DNA of 64,000 nucleotides from an uncultured bacterium (GCA_949293255.1 CASFCL010000001.1:92105-156104), one strand, 5' to 3'. Shown: positions 17,522 through 28,074, numbered from the stretch's first letter. Made by a program: numbers and translations. Notes: generated from the sequence alone by a model not told the origin.

Positions 17522-20288
17522 GAAGAACGTACAAAACGAAGTAATTGTTGAAAATATTTCTACAGAATCTTTAGATTCTTTAATGACCGATCGCTATGCA
17601 AAATATGCTAAGTACGTTATTCAAGAAAGAGCTATTCCAGATGTAAGAGATGGATTAAAACCAGTTCAAAGACGCATTATCTATTCAATGTATAGAAGTG
17701 GCTACACTTCTAATAAAAAGACAGTCAAATGTGCTAAAGTTGTCGGTGATGTCATGGGTAATCTTCATCCTCATGGAGATGCTGCTATTTATGATGCTCT
17801 TGTTAGACTTTCTCAAAACTGGAAAATGTCTATTCCTTTAGTTGATATTCAAGGAAATAATGGAAGTATCGATAACGATCCTGCAGCTGCATCACGTTAT
17901 ACTGAAACTAGACTTAGTGAATTATCTGAATTATTAGTTACAGATTTAAATAAAAATACAGTTGATATGGCTCTTAACTATGATGATACTGATGTTGAGC
18001 CAACTGTTTTACCATCAAGATTCCCAAATTTATATGTAAATGGAAGCGATGGTATTGCTGTTGCAATTGCAACAGACATCCCACCTCACAATTTAGATGA
18101 AATGTGTGAGGCTGTTATTTATAGAATTAATCATCCACGCTGTGATTTAGAAGAATTACTTGAAATTGTTAAAGGTCCTGATTTTCCTACAGGAGGCATA
18201 ATTTATAAATCTTCTGGTATTTATGATATTTATGCTTCAGGAAAAGGAAGAATTGAAGTTGCTAGTAGAGTAGAAAAAGTTTTTGAAAAAGATCACTATA
18301 ACTTTATAGTGACCGAGATTCCTTTTGGTGTTGAAAAGAAAGGATTAGTTTTCTCAATTGATAAAATTAGAAAAGCTAGAGAAGTTCATGGAATTGTCGA
18401 TGTAAAAGATTTATCTTCTGGTGACGATATTAAAATTGTTATCGAACTTGATAAAGATGTTTCAAATCCTGATGTTGTTCTACGTTATTTAATGGATAAG
18501 ACACAACTTAAGGTTTATTACACTTCAAATATTACAGCAATTTGTGATAATCACCCAAGAACACTTACTTTAACAAGTTATCTTGATTTATATATTCAAC
18601 ATCAAAAGAATGTTATTTCAAGAAGAAGTAAATTCGATTTAGATAAAACAAATTCAAGACTTCATATTCTTGAAGGTTTAATTAAAGCAGTCAGTGTTGT
18701 TGATGAAGTTATTAAAATTATTAGAAACTCAAAAGATAAAGCTGATTCAAAGAAAAACTTAATGGATAAATTTGGCTTTACTGAAGAACAAGCTGAAGCA
18801 ATCGTCATGATGAGGCTTTATAAACTTTCTAATACCGATGTTAAAGTTTATTATGATGAAAAAGCTGAACTTGATAAACTTGCAGCTGAATTAACAGCAG
18901 TTTTATCCGATGAAAATAAATTAAAGAAAATCATTGTTAATGATTTAAAAGATATTATTAAAAAATATCCAACACCTAGAAAGACTTCAATTGAAGAAAA
19001 AGGTGAAGAAACTCAAATTAATAAAAGAGATCTTGTTGCAAAAGAAGATGTTTATTGTGTTGTTACAAGAGATGGTTACGTTAAACGTTCATCTTTAAAG
19101 AGCGTTAAATCTTCTAATTTCTCCCTCCCAGGCTTAAAAGCAGGAGATTCAATCGTTCTTTCTCAAGTAGTTACAACACTTGACTATATTTTAGCTTTCA
19201 CTAATAAAGGTAACTATTTATTCATTCCAGTTCATGAAGTTATGGAAGGAAAATGGAAAGATGAAGGTAAACACATCAACTATATGTGCAATCTTCCATT
19301 AGATGAAAGTATTGTAAAATGTATTGTCGTAAAGAATTTTGATAAAAATGTTTGCATTGCCTTAGTATCTAAAAAAGGTCAAATAAAAAAATCTCATTTA
19401 TCATTATTCCCTGTTAGTAGATATAACAAACCAATTACTGCTATGAGACTTGCAAAAGATGATGAAGTTGTCGATGTAAGTGTCTTAAATGGTTTAAGTA
19501 ATATCATGGTTTTAACAAAAGCTGGATATGCATCCTACTTTAACGAAAACCAAATTAGTAGTTCTGGATTAAGAACTAGCGGTGTAAAGGCTATTTCAAC
19601 TTTAAGAGGTAGTGAAGTTGGTGCTTTAATTTCATTTAGAAAAGATGAAAAAGATAAATTACTTATCGTAACTGATGGCGGTATGTATAGAATTTATGAT
19701 TCTTCATACCTTGAACAAACTGATAGATTAGGTCGTTCACAAATTATCTTTAAATCATTTAAATCTGATGTACATAACTTAGCTTATATAACTAAAATCG
19801 TTAAGAAGAACGAACCATATAATTTATCATGCTTAATGTCTGATAATTCTATTTATGAAGAAAGTCTCGACGATTTCCATTTAACACCTGTTGATAAGAT
19901 GTGTAGAAAAAATCTTAACTTCAACGATAAATTAAAAATTAAATATGTCTTCATTAATGATGTTCAAGTAATTGATGATAAGACAGTTGAAGAAAGAGGA
20001 AAAGTTAGAGAAAAAATCGAAGGAGAAGATGATGATTCAAATAATGGTGGAGCAAGTTTTGAACAACCTTTGCTTGATGAATCATTAAGAACTAGTGTTG
20101 AAGCTCCTCAAGTAGAAGAAGTAAAACCTCTTGTCTCTAAAAAGACAACTGATCGATTCACAAATTTAAAATCACAAACTGAAACTAAGAAAAAATCTAA
20201 ATTAAATTTAAATGAATTAAACAATTCAAAGCATAATCACGATGATTCCTATGAACAAATATCAATCTTTGATGATTTTGGAGATTAA
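17514..20288 (+). CDS. parC: DNA topoisomerase IV subunit A with a long acidic C-terminal extension; GTG start
   Basis: GyrA/ParC N-terminal domain (PDVRDGLKPVQRRI, active-site region AAASRYTE.RL). No GyrA-box was seen. The start overlaps parE by 8 bp, with a GGAGG SD upstream. Confidence 0.75.
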   Translation: MAKKNVQNEVIVENISTESLDSLMTDRYAKYAKYVIQERAIPDVRDGLKPVQRRIIYSMYRSGYTSNKKTVKCAKVVGDVMGNLHPHGDAAIYDALVRLSQNWKMSIPLVDIQGNNGSIDNDPAAASRYTETRLSELSELLVTDLNKNTVDMALNYDDTDVEPTVLPSRFPNLYVNGSDGIAVAIATDIPPHNLDEMCEAVIYRINHPRCDLEELLEIVKGPDFPTGGIIYKSSGIYDIYASGKGRIEVASRVEKVFEKDHYNFIVTEIPFGVEKKGLVFSIDKIRKAREVHGIVDVKDLSSGDDIKIVIELDKDVSNPDVVLRYLMDKTQLKVYYTSNITAICDNHPRTLTLTSYLDLYIQHQKNVISRRSKFDLDKTNSRLHILEGLIKAVSVVDEVIKIIRNSKDKADSKKNLMDKFGFTEEQAEAIVMMRLYKLSNTDVKVYYDEKAELDKLAAELTAVLSDENKLKKIIVNDLKDIIKKYPTPRKTSIEEKGEETQINKRDLVAKEDVYCVVTRDGYVKRSSLKSVKSSNFSLPGLKAGDSIVLSQVVTTLDYILAFTNKGNYLFIPVHEVMEGKWKDEGKHINYMCNLPLDESIVKCIVVKNFDKNVCIALVSKKGQIKKSHLSLFPVSRYNKPITAMRLAKDDEVVDVSVLNGLSNIMVLTKAGYASYFNENQISSSGLRTSGVKAISTLRGSEVGALISFRKDEKDKLLIVTDGGMYRIYDSSYLEQTDRLGRSQIIFKSFKSDVHNLAYITKIVKKNEPYNLSCLMSDNSIYEESLDDFHLTPVDKMCRKNLNFNDKLKIKYVFINDVQVIDDKTVEERGKVREKIEGEDDDSNNGGASFEQPLLDESLRTSVEAPQVEEVKPLVSKKTTDRFTNLKSQTETKKKSKLNLNELNNSKHNHDDSYEQISIFDDFGD

Positions 20289-20345
20289 TAGATATTTTAG
20301 TAGTTATTTAGTATTTTATAAGTAAATTATGAATAGACTACATTT

Positions 20346-20374
20346 TTGAATCATGTATATAAAAATGTTATAAT
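20346..20374 (+). promoter_or_regulatory. Near-consensus sigma-A promoter (TTGAAT-17-TATAAT) for the yqeG operon
   Basis: The -10 box ends 8 nt before the ATG at 20383 and no SD is present, so a leaderless mRNA is likely. Confidence 0.5.
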
Positions 20375-20382
20375 TTAATAAG

Positions 20383-20904
20383 ATGAAGATAGTTCCATAT
20401 TGCTACGCAAAAAATATATTCGAAATTGATATAAGCTTTTATGAAAAGCAAAACGTTAAATATATTTTTTGCGACCTTGATAATACTTTAGATACTTATA
20501 AAACATTAACTCCATCAGAAAGGGTTATTGATTTAAGCAATCGCTTAAAAGAAAAAGGAATTAAATTAATAGTTGTTTCAAATAATAATAAAAATAGAGT
20601 TTCAACTTATTGCAAAGATTTAGATATTGAATTTATTCATCGAGCATTTAAACCATTTGTAAAAAAATTAAATAATTTCATAATTAAGAATAAAATTGAT
20701 AAAAAACAATGTATAATAATAGGAGACCAATTATTTACAGATATTAAAGTTGCTTCAAAATTAAAAATTAGGTCTATTCTTACAGAAGAATTATGTAAAA
20801 AGAATCAATTAATCTCTTTATTTAATAAGATGAGAGATCAAAAAGCTCGAAAGAAATTAATTAAAGAAAATAAATTGATTGATTGGAGGAAATTAAATGG
20901 CTGA
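20383..20904 (+). CDS. yqeG: HAD-superfamily phosphatase YqeG
   Basis: DLDNTL motif I and downstream HAD motifs. It is the first gene of the conserved yqeG-yqeH-yhbY-yqeK-rsfS cluster. Confidence 0.7.
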   Translation: MKIVPYCYAKNIFEIDISFYEKQNVKYIFCDLDNTLDTYKTLTPSERVIDLSNRLKEKGIKLIVVSNNNKNRVSTYCKDLDIEFIHRAFKPFVKKLNNFIIKNKIDKKQCIIIGDQLFTDIKVASKLKIRSILTEELCKKNQLISLFNKMRDQKARKKLIKENKLIDWRKLNG

Positions 20905-22021
20905 GTTAAGAAAAGTTCAAAGATGTTATCACTGTGGTGTAGTTTTACAAACAGAAGATGCAAAAAAAGAAGGTTACATTAGAAAAGAGATTTTAAATGC
21001 ATACCCAGAAGGCTTACTTCTTTGTGATAATTGCTATAATACTCAAAGATTTAATTCTGTTCCAAAAGAAGCAAACTTTGATGAACAATATCTTTCTATC
21101 CTTCAAGAAATTAAAGATAAGAAACCTTTAGTAGTTTATGTTATTGATTTATTCTCGTTTGAAGGTTCATTTATTTCAAAAATTACTGAAATGTTAAGTG
21201 ATACAGATGTTTTAGTAGTTGCAAATAAAAGAGACTTACTTCCAAAAGAAGCAAAAGATGAAAAAATTAAAGAATATGTTGCTCATAGATTAAGAGTTTC
21301 AAAACTTCAAGTTAGAGATGTAATCTTAACATCAACAAATCCTGCATATAACATCGATTTATTAGTCGATAAAATTCTTGAATTAAGACATGGAAGAGAT
21401 GTTTATGTTGTTGGACCATCTTTAAGTGGTAAATCAGCTTTAATTACTGAAGTTTTAAAAATTTATGATAACCCAACATCAAGTTTAATTACTACTTGTA
21501 ATTTTGAAGGTACTGAATTAAGAGGATTTAAAATTCCTTTAGATAGAAAAACTTATATTTACGAAACTCCAGGAACAAGTAATGATAATTCAATTTTAAG
21601 TAAAGTTGAAAAACCAGTTCAAAATTTAATCATTCCAAAGAAAACAATTGTTGAAAGAAAATTTAGAATTGGAAAAGAACAAATTTTATTATTTGGTGGA
21701 CTTGCTGGAATTAAACTTGAATCTGATAAAAAATGTAATATCAAAGTCTATGTTAGTAACAAAGTTCAATTAGTATTAACTAGATATAAAGGTGATAAAG
21801 CTTTTAATGAATTATTAAGTAAGAAAAAATTAAATCCAATTAGTCAAAATTTTAAATCAGCAGCAGACTTTGATGTCTATGATTTCCAAATCACCGAAGA
21901 AGGCGATAGAGATATTGGTATTTTAGGCCTTGGATGGATTAATTTTAAAGCTGAAAACCAAGTATTTAGAATCAGCGTTCCAAAAGGCGTATTTGTCTAC
22001 ACAACAAGAGCAAAAATTTAA
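20897..22021 (+). CDS. yqeH: Ribosome-biogenesis GTPase YqeH, circularly permuted, with an N-terminal Zn-ribbon
   Basis: N-terminal CYHCG...CDNC motif, and G-motifs in permuted order (ANKRDL ... GPSLSGKS). Confidence 0.8.
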   Translation: MAELRKVQRCYHCGVVLQTEDAKKEGYIRKEILNAYPEGLLLCDNCYNTQRFNSVPKEANFDEQYLSILQEIKDKKPLVVYVIDLFSFEGSFISKITEMLSDTDVLVVANKRDLLPKEAKDEKIKEYVAHRLRVSKLQVRDVILTSTNPAYNIDLLVDKILELRHGRDVYVVGPSLSGKSALITEVLKIYDNPTSSLITTCNFEGTELRGFKIPLDRKTYIYETPGTSNDNSILSKVEKPVQNLIIPKKTIVERKFRIGKEQILLFGGLAGIKLESDKKCNIKVYVSNKVQLVLTRYKGDKAFNELLSKKKLNPISQNFKSAADFDVYDFQITEEGDRDIGILGLGWINFKAENQVFRISVPKGVFVYTTRAKI

Positions 22022-22023
22022 TT

Positions 22024-22341
22024 ATGTTAACAAATAAAGAAAAGAAATATTTAAGAACAGTAGCTCAACAAAAAGATATTATTAAATTTAATATCGGTAA
22101 GGATCAAATCGATCAAAAAGTAATCGAAATGATCGAAAAAGGTATTTTAAAGCATGAAATGGTTAAAATATCTTTTTTAAAGAGTGCATTAGGAGAGGCT
22201 AGTAAAGAACAATATGTTTTAGATTTACTCTCAACACTTAATGCTGATTTAGTTCAATCTATCGGTAACACGATAATTATTTATAGACCAAACACAAAAC
22301 TTGCAGAAAAAAGCTTAGCTAGAGAATTAAGAAAACTATAA
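22024..22341 (+). CDS. yhbY: RNA-binding protein YhbY (CRS1 domain)
   Basis: A 105-aa protein with KEKKYLRTVAQQ and the conserved GK motif. Confidence 0.7.
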   Translation: MLTNKEKKYLRTVAQQKDIIKFNIGKDQIDQKVIEMIEKGILKHEMVKISFLKSALGEASKEQYVLDLLSTLNADLVQSIGNTIIIYRPNTKLAEKSLARELRKL

Positions 22342-23033
22342 TGGGAATGTTTAATTTTAATTTTATAAGATTTGCTAATAAAGTTTCGCTTTTTGGTGGA
22401 GACTATTTTGTTAAAGTAGATGGTGCTTTTAAATTTTCTTCTAAGATGTTTGATATCATGTACAAAATTTTAGAAGAGGATATTAAAAAGTTTTTACATT
22501 GTGTTGAGGTAGGTGATTTTGCTCAACAAATTGCAAAGTCTCAAGGTTATGATGAAAAAACTCTTTTATATTATTATGCAGCAGGGCTTCTTCATGATTT
22601 TGCAAAACATTTTGATTATAGATTTGTTACTCAAGATATCTTTGAATCTTTTTATAAAGATATTAAATATAATGAAATACCTGAATATGCTTATCACGCA
22701 TTTTTCTGCCCAATCGTATTAGGTTTTGTTTTTGATTACGATAAAGAAATAATGGATAGAGAATTTATAAATTCATTAACCTTTCATTGTACAGGAAGAG
22801 GAAACATGTCAATGTTAGAAAAGACAATTTACTTTGCTGATAAAGTGTCATATACAAAAGATGAAAAAGAAAAAGGAGAATTATTAAATTTATCTTTAAA
22901 AGACTTCGATGAAGCGTTTAAAAGAGTGTGTCAAAATAACCATAAATATTTATTAGAGAAAACTAAAAACCAAAATATCAATTATCCAGACAATAGGTTC
23001 ACAGAAGAATTTATTAATCAATATTGTTTATAG
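22341..23033 (+). CDS. yqeK: HD-domain hydrolase YqeK (bis(5'-nucleosyl)-tetraphosphatase-like)
   Basis: H...HD metal-binding motifs (HCVEV, LLHDFAKH). The adjacent nadD expected from Bacillus is absent. Confidence 0.65.
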   Translation: MGMFNFNFIRFANKVSLFGGDYFVKVDGAFKFSSKMFDIMYKILEEDIKKFLHCVEVGDFAQQIAKSQGYDEKTLLYYYAAGLLHDFAKHFDYRFVTQDIFESFYKDIKYNEIPEYAYHAFFCPIVLGFVFDYDKEIMDREFINSLTFHCTGRGNMSMLEKTIYFADKVSYTKDEKEKGELLNLSLKDFDEAFKRVCQNNHKYLLEKTKNQNINYPDNRFTEEFINQYCL

Positions 23034-23047
23034 TAAAGGAGTAATTT

Positions 23048-23374
23048 ATGCGTAGAAGTAAAATTGTTGAACAAACAGTAAATGTAATCGAAAGTAAAAA
23101 AGGTGAAGATATAATTGTCTATGATGTAAGAAATAAAAATCCTTTCTTTGATTACGTAATTATTTGCACATGTTTAAATGAGAAAAATGGTAATGCAATT
23201 GTCGATGCAATTGAAGAAGAATATGAAAAGATAAATCACGAAATTAAAAACGTTGAAGGCAAAAACGGAACCAAATGGATGATCGTAGATGGAGGCGATA
23301 TCATAGTTCACATCTTTGAAGAAAACGAACGCAGAAGAATTAACTTAGAAGAAATTCTTAATAAAAGTCATTAA
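23048..23374 (+). CDS. rsfS: Ribosomal silencing factor RsfS (Iojap)
   Basis: A 108-aa protein with the conserved DYVIICTC/WMIVDGGDIIVHIF pattern. Confidence 0.8.
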   Translation: MRRSKIVEQTVNVIESKKGEDIIVYDVRNKNPFFDYVIICTCLNEKNGNAIVDAIEEEYEKINHEIKNVEGKNGTKWMIVDGGDIIVHIFEENERRRINLEEILNKSH

Positions 23375-23403
23375 TAAATAATAGAAATTACTTAATAGAG
23401 TAG

Positions 23404-23436
23404 CCTGCTATATAGAGCAGGTTATTTTATTATTTT
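23404..23436 (+). terminator. Rho-independent terminator after rsfS
   Basis: CCTGCTATATAGAGCAGG hairpin followed by a T-rich run. Confidence 0.55.
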
Positions 23437-23606
23437 TATACTTCGTATAATATTTATTATGTTAAAATTAAAAGAAAAAATCCGATTAAATCGACATTTT
23501 TTAAAACTTCGTAAAAATTATGTTTTTACACATCAAACACATAATTTAGGATTTATCCACATCCATAGTGTGAAAATATCTACTAAAAAACTACTAATAA
23601 TCTTTA

Positions 23607-24119
23607 CTAGCAGGTAAATAATTTTAATTTTTTATTTTCGACTTTAGTATTATCTGAAATTATTTTTCTTATCCTTCTTTCAAAAACTTTTAATAAAAAG
23701 ATTATCCAATCGTTTTTAATTAATAGGTATGGTTTCTTATTTACGTCCTTATCTATAAAAGCATCGATATCAATATATCTCATCTCTTCCACTGCTGCTT
23801 TTATTTCTTCTCCATCAATTGTGTAATTATCAGAGCTTAAAAATCTCATGCCTTTTCTTTTAGATTTTGCAAAATAAATTGGGCAAATAAAGACTGATGT
23901 ACTATCAGGTTTAGGATCATCCATGATTAAACATAACCCAACTCTTTTATAACCAAATATTGAATTTGATTTAACGTATTCTCTTACTTCTCCTTTAAAT
24001 AAAGAGCATATCATGTTTTCATTATCTTCTTCTTCAATGATGTTTTCAGAAGCACTATCAAAACTAATTCTACTACTGCCATTTAAATAAAATTTTTTTG
24101 TTTCTTTTTTTTGTTTCAT
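23607..24119 (-). CDS. Hypothetical cytoplasmic protein (ORFan, 170 aa)
   Basis: Clean ORF with an SD (GGAGTGAAT upstream). No recognisable motifs were found. It lies at the 3' end of the deoB/ABC-transporter gene string. Confidence 0.4.
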   Translation of the reverse strand: MKQKKETKKFYLNGSSRISFDSASENIIEEEDNENMICSLFKGEVREYVKSNSIFGYKRVGLCLIMDDPKPDSTSVFICPIYFAKSKRKGMRFLSSDNYTIDGEEIKAAVEEMRYIDIDAFIDKDVNKKPYLLIKNDWIIFLLKVFERRIRKIISDNTKVENKKLKLFTC

Positions 24120-24175
24120 AAATTCACTCCTTACTTACAAGATTGCTTGAAACAAAAAAATTTACCAAAAAATTT

Positions 24176-24946
24176 TTAATTTATTTTAATTTTTTTGAGA
24201 AAGTATATTATGAGGTCAATAATTAAGAAAATTACTGCTATTAATATGATGTATGAATATAAATCAACATAATTAAAAGTAACATTTCTAACTAAGTAAA
24301 TTAAATAACCTAATCCATGAATAGAATCACTTCCAACTAATATTTCAGACATTATTTCAACTTTAATTCCTATTCCTATAGCTGAAGCTAAAGCTCCATT
24401 TAAATGACTTGATACCATTGGGAACATAACTTTTATAATTGAACGAGGTTTATATAGACCTTCTACTCTTAAAGATAAAATAATATTTGAATCGATTGAA
24501 TTAAATCCTTTTACCACTGCTTCATAAATAATTGGGAAGACGATTAAAAAGACAATTAAGAAATAACTAATTAAATCTTTAGAAAAAATAATTAATAAAA
24601 TTACTATACAAGCTGTAGGAATAATCTTAAAAAATGTAACAAACGGAGATAAGAATTTTTCAATAAATTTAAATAAACCCGAAATTGTTCCTACTACTAT
24701 TGCAATTATTGTTGATATTAAAATTGATCCTAAACTTATTCCTAAAGAATAAAGAATAGAAATATAAATATCTTGATTGCCTAAAACATCAAACGTATTA
24801 ACTAAGGTAGTTGAAAAGGTTGGAAATACATATGGCTCATTAACTATGATACTTGTAATTTCCCATACCAAAATAAAAGCAGCAATTCCAAGAATTACTG
24901 CAAAATAGTTTAAATATTTTTGATGCTTTACAATAAATTCTTTCAC
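24176..24946 (-). CDS. ABC transporter permease (NitT/TauT-type, 6 TM)
   Basis: Multi-TM protein with an EAA-like loop region. It is paired with the upstream substrate-binding protein. No ATPase gene lies adjacent. Confidence 0.65.
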   Translation of the reverse strand: MKEFIVKHQKYLNYFAVILGIAAFILVWEITSIIVNEPYVFPTFSTTLVNTFDVLGNQDIYISILYSLGISLGSILISTIIAIVVGTISGLFKFIEKFLSPFVTFFKIIPTACIVILLIIFSKDLISYFLIVFLIVFPIIYEAVVKGFNSIDSNIILSLRVEGLYKPRSIIKVMFPMVSSHLNGALASAIGIGIKVEIMSEILVGSDSIHGLGYLIYLVRNVTFNYVDLYSYIILIAVIFLIIDLIIYFLKKIKIN

Positions 24947-24958
24947 AAGATAATTATA

Positions 24959-25927
24959 CTATAAAACTATCTTTGTTGAGGAATTAATTGTTTCTAAGAA
25001 ATTATTAATATCACTCACTTCAATGTTATCAATGTTTGAAATACCAAATTCTTTATAAGTATTTTCTTTATAGTAATCAAACATTGAGGTATTTAAAGTT
25101 CCAAACTTAGCTTTTGTTGTATCATCTAAAGCTTCGATTGTTGTTTTAACATCTTGATAATTATTAATAATTTTATTCATTGATGAACTAATTTTTGAAA
25201 CAACGTGATTAACTGTTTCTTCATTTTCTTCTAAGAAGTCATTTCTAACAAATAATCCAGCTTGAGGAATGAAGTTTAATGTTCCATTACTTTTTTCTTT
25301 TACCATATCAAGAACGTTGTAGGCTGGTTTGATATCGTTTTCAGTATTATCGTCATTATTTAAAGCGTTCATTAATGTATATAAAACTGGTTGAGCTACA
25401 AAGCACCAATCAACTTTATTATTTTCATGTAAACCACTTCTAATAATAGGAGCTACATTACTAACTGCTGTAACGTAATGAATTGTGTTTTCACTATTAT
25501 ATAATTCTGGATAAAGATAGCTGAAAGTTTCATCGGTTACACCACCTTGTCCAAAACTTACAATATAGTCATCAACTGTTGGTACACTACCTTCTTCTTT
25601 ATTTAATCCAACTAAATAGAAATTACCAATAGTTAACATCTTAAGATATGTATAATTTGCTTTCTTAGCGTTGTTTGTAAGTTTTAAAGCATTGATAGAA
25701 TCAAATACTACAAAATCAGGACCTTCACTAAGTTGCATTTGAGCAGGAATTGAAGTTGTATCACTTGTTGTATTGACATTACCAGCAATAATTTCTTCAT
25801 AAAGTGCTAATGTAGGAGCACCTTGAGGAGCAAGAATTGTATATTCTACATCATCTTGTACAGTTCCACAGCCAACTAATAAACTTGCTGCTGAAAACAA
25901 AAGTAAACTTTTAATACTCTTTTTCAT
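24959..25927 (-). CDS. ABC transporter substrate-binding lipoprotein
   Basis: Lipobox LLVGCG followed by a periplasmic-binding-like fold of about 300 aa. Confidence 0.6.
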   Translation of the reverse strand: MKKSIKSLLLFSAASLLVGCGTVQDDVEYTILAPQGAPTLALYEEIIAGNVNTTSDTTSIPAQMQLSEGPDFVVFDSINALKLTNNAKKANYTYLKMLTIGNFYLVGLNKEEGSVPTVDDYIVSFGQGGVTDETFSYLYPELYNSENTIHYVTAVSNVAPIIRSGLHENNKVDWCFVAQPVLYTLMNALNNDDNTENDIKPAYNVLDMVKEKSNGTLNFIPQAGLFVRNDFLEENEETVNHVVSKISSSMNKIINNYQDVKTTIEALDDTTKAKFGTLNTSMFDYYKENTYKEFGISNIDNIEVSDINNFLETINSSTKIVL

Positions 25928-25947
25928 AAATACATCTCCTCTTATTA

Positions 25948-27159
25948 TTAATCTAAAACTTCTTTAATTTCGGTTCCAATCATTGATTCAACTTTTTCTA
26001 AGTTGAAATTTTTTAAAATTGTTTTACCAATATCAGCAAATGAATTTCTATCTTCAAGCATCTTACCATTATTTATAGATTTTGAATAAATAATAAGTGG
26101 GACTTGTTCTCTTGTATGATCGGTTCCTTCCCAGGTTGGATCGTTACCATGATCAGCTGTAATCATTAATAAATCATCATCGTTCATGTTATCCATTAAT
26201 TCTTTAACTTGAGAATCAAAATCTTCAATTGCTTTTCCATATCCAACAGGATTTCTTCTATGTCCGTATTCGCTATCGAATTCGACAAGATTTACAAAAC
26301 ATAATCCTTCATTAAATTTATCTGATTTACAAATATCGATTGTTTTATTCATTCCATCAATATTTGAAACGGTATGGACGGTTTCAGTTACACCTGAACC
26401 ATTGAATATATCATTAATTTTTCCAACGCAACTTACATCAAATTTATGTTCTTTTAAAATGTCCATTGCAGTTGTTCCTGTTGGAGAGATTGTATAATCA
26501 TGTCTATTAGATGTACGTTTAAATTCGTGTTTAGTTTTTCCAACAAATGGTCTAGCAATAATTCTTCCAACAAACCATTCTGGTTTCATACATAATTTTC
26601 TAGCAATTTCACAAACTCTATATAATTCTTTCAAGCCAACTGTTTCTTCACTAGCACAAATTTGTAAAACTGAATCACTACTTGTATAAAGAATTAAGGC
26701 ACCAGTATTTATCGATTCTTCTCCTAATTCTTCTAAAATGACAGTTCCGCTAGCTGCATAATTACCGATAAATTTATATCCACTTTCTTTTTCTAATTCA
26801 TCGATAAGTTCTTTTGGGAAACCTGTTTCAGTAAAAGTTTGAAATGGCTTTGTAGTTAAGATGCCCATCATTTCCCAATGTCCTGTCATAGTATCTTTTC
26901 CTAAACTTAATTCGTTTAATCTAATGGTATAACTATTTGGATGGTCAACTTTCTTTAAGTAATCAATATCGACTAAATCTTTAATTCCAAGTGCTTCAAG
27001 ATTTGGTATGTTTAACTTATATTTTTCTGAGATGTGTTTAAAAGTATTCGAACCTTTATCGTTTACTTCTTTGTTTTGGAAAAAGCGATCTGCATCTTTT
27101 GCATTTCCAATACCTAAACTATCCATAACTACTAAGAAAATTCTTTTAAATTTTTTCAT
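25948..27159 (-). CDS. deoB: Phosphopentomutase
   Basis: N-terminal FLVVMDSLGIG metal-site motif and a length of about 400 aa. Synteny matches B. subtilis ripX-drm. Confidence 0.8.
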   Translation of the reverse strand: MKKFKRIFLVVMDSLGIGNAKDADRFFQNKEVNDKGSNTFKHISEKYKLNIPNLEALGIKDLVDIDYLKKVDHPNSYTIRLNELSLGKDTMTGHWEMMGILTTKPFQTFTETGFPKELIDELEKESGYKFIGNYAASGTVILEELGEESINTGALILYTSSDSVLQICASEETVGLKELYRVCEIARKLCMKPEWFVGRIIARPFVGKTKHEFKRTSNRHDYTISPTGTTAMDILKEHKFDVSCVGKINDIFNGSGVTETVHTVSNIDGMNKTIDICKSDKFNEGLCFVNLVEFDSEYGHRRNPVGYGKAIEDFDSQVKELMDNMNDDDLLMITADHGNDPTWEGTDHTREQVPLIIYSKSINNGKMLEDRNSFADIGKTILKNFNLEKVESMIGTEIKEVLD

Positions 27160-27192
27160 TTTTAACCCTCCAAATTACCTTAAAATTATAAA

Positions 27193-28074
27193 TTACTTTT
27201 TATCCCAAAACAAATTATACGCCTCAATAGCTTTTGAATTACTCATATGAGTATAAATTTGTGTTGTTTCTAAATTGCTATGACCTAATAATTCTTGAAC
27301 AATCCTTAAAGATGCTCCGTTATTAATAAGTTGAGTTCCAAAAGAATGTCTCAATGTATGAGGATGAACAGGTTTATCGATGTTACATTCTTTTGCGGCT
27401 TTATCTAAAATTTGATTTACTAGCTGTCTAGAGATCTTTTTTCCACCATTTGTAAGAAATAAATATTTTTTATCAACAATTATAATTTTGCTTCTTACGT
27501 TATCGATATAATTAATTAAATCATTGTAAGCTTCTTTTCTAATTGGAATTAATCTTTCTTTATTACCTTTTCCGCTAACTTTAATTAAATAATCTGAATT
27601 ATTGATGTTATCGATTTTTAGATTTATTAATTCACTAACTCTTAATCCACATGAATATAAAATATTTATAATTGCTTTATTACGAATAGATTTTTTTGTG
27701 TCTCCGTTATAAAAATTTAAAAGCAAATTAACTTCATCATCGTTTAAAAATGAAGGTAATTTGTTTTCAAGTTTAGGCATATCTATTTTTACTAAAATAT
27801 TCTTTTTAATGTCTTCACTTTCTAAAAATGCATAAAAAGTTTGTAAACAAGATATCCTTCTTCTAATTGTTGCTGATGAGTATCCATTTATAGATAGATC
27901 GAAAACAAAAGTATCGATATCATCTTTAGAAAGTTGATTTGTATCGATGATATTTTCATAAGACTTTAAAAAAGAAACCAAATCAATTTTGTATGATTCG
28001 GTGGTTTCTTGACTTAGATTTCTCTCTACAATACAAAATCTAAGAAATTCAGAAATTGCTTGATTGATTTCCAT
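27193..28074 (-). CDS. xerD: Tyrosine recombinase XerD-like (chromosome dimer resolution)
   Basis: C-terminal catalytic HxxR...Y region (HPHTLRHSFGTQL...LLGHSNLETTQIYTHM). The position next to deoB matches ripX. Confidence 0.7.
   Translation of the reverse strand: MEINQAISEFLRFCIVERNLSQETTESYKIDLVSFLKSYENIIDTNQLSKDDIDTFVFDLSINGYSSATIRRRISCLQTFYAFLESEDIKKNILVKIDMPKLENKLPSFLNDDEVNLLLNFYNGDTKKSIRNKAIINILYSCGLRVSELINLKIDNINNSDYLIKVSGKGNKERLIPIRKEAYNDLINYIDNVRSKIIIVDKKYLFLTNGGKKISRQLVNQILDKAAKECNIDKPVHPHTLRHSFGTQLINNGASLRIVQELLGHSNLETTQIYTHMSNSKAIEAYNLFWDKK

Noticed and set aside
23459-23626. 55-codon basic ORF (MLKLKEKIRLNRHFLKLRK...) on the plus strand between rsfS and the 170-aa ORFan
   Set aside because: There is no SD and it overlaps the 3' end of the convergent ORFan. 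It falls below the confidence threshold, though TCGTATAAT lies 9 nt upstream, so a leaderless peptide cannot be fully excluded.
27193-28074. Tyrosine recombinase considered as the integrase of a mobile element
   Set aside because: Synteny with deoB (B. subtilis ripX-drm) and the absence of att-like repeats or phage genes point to the housekeeping XerD dimer-resolution recombinase.
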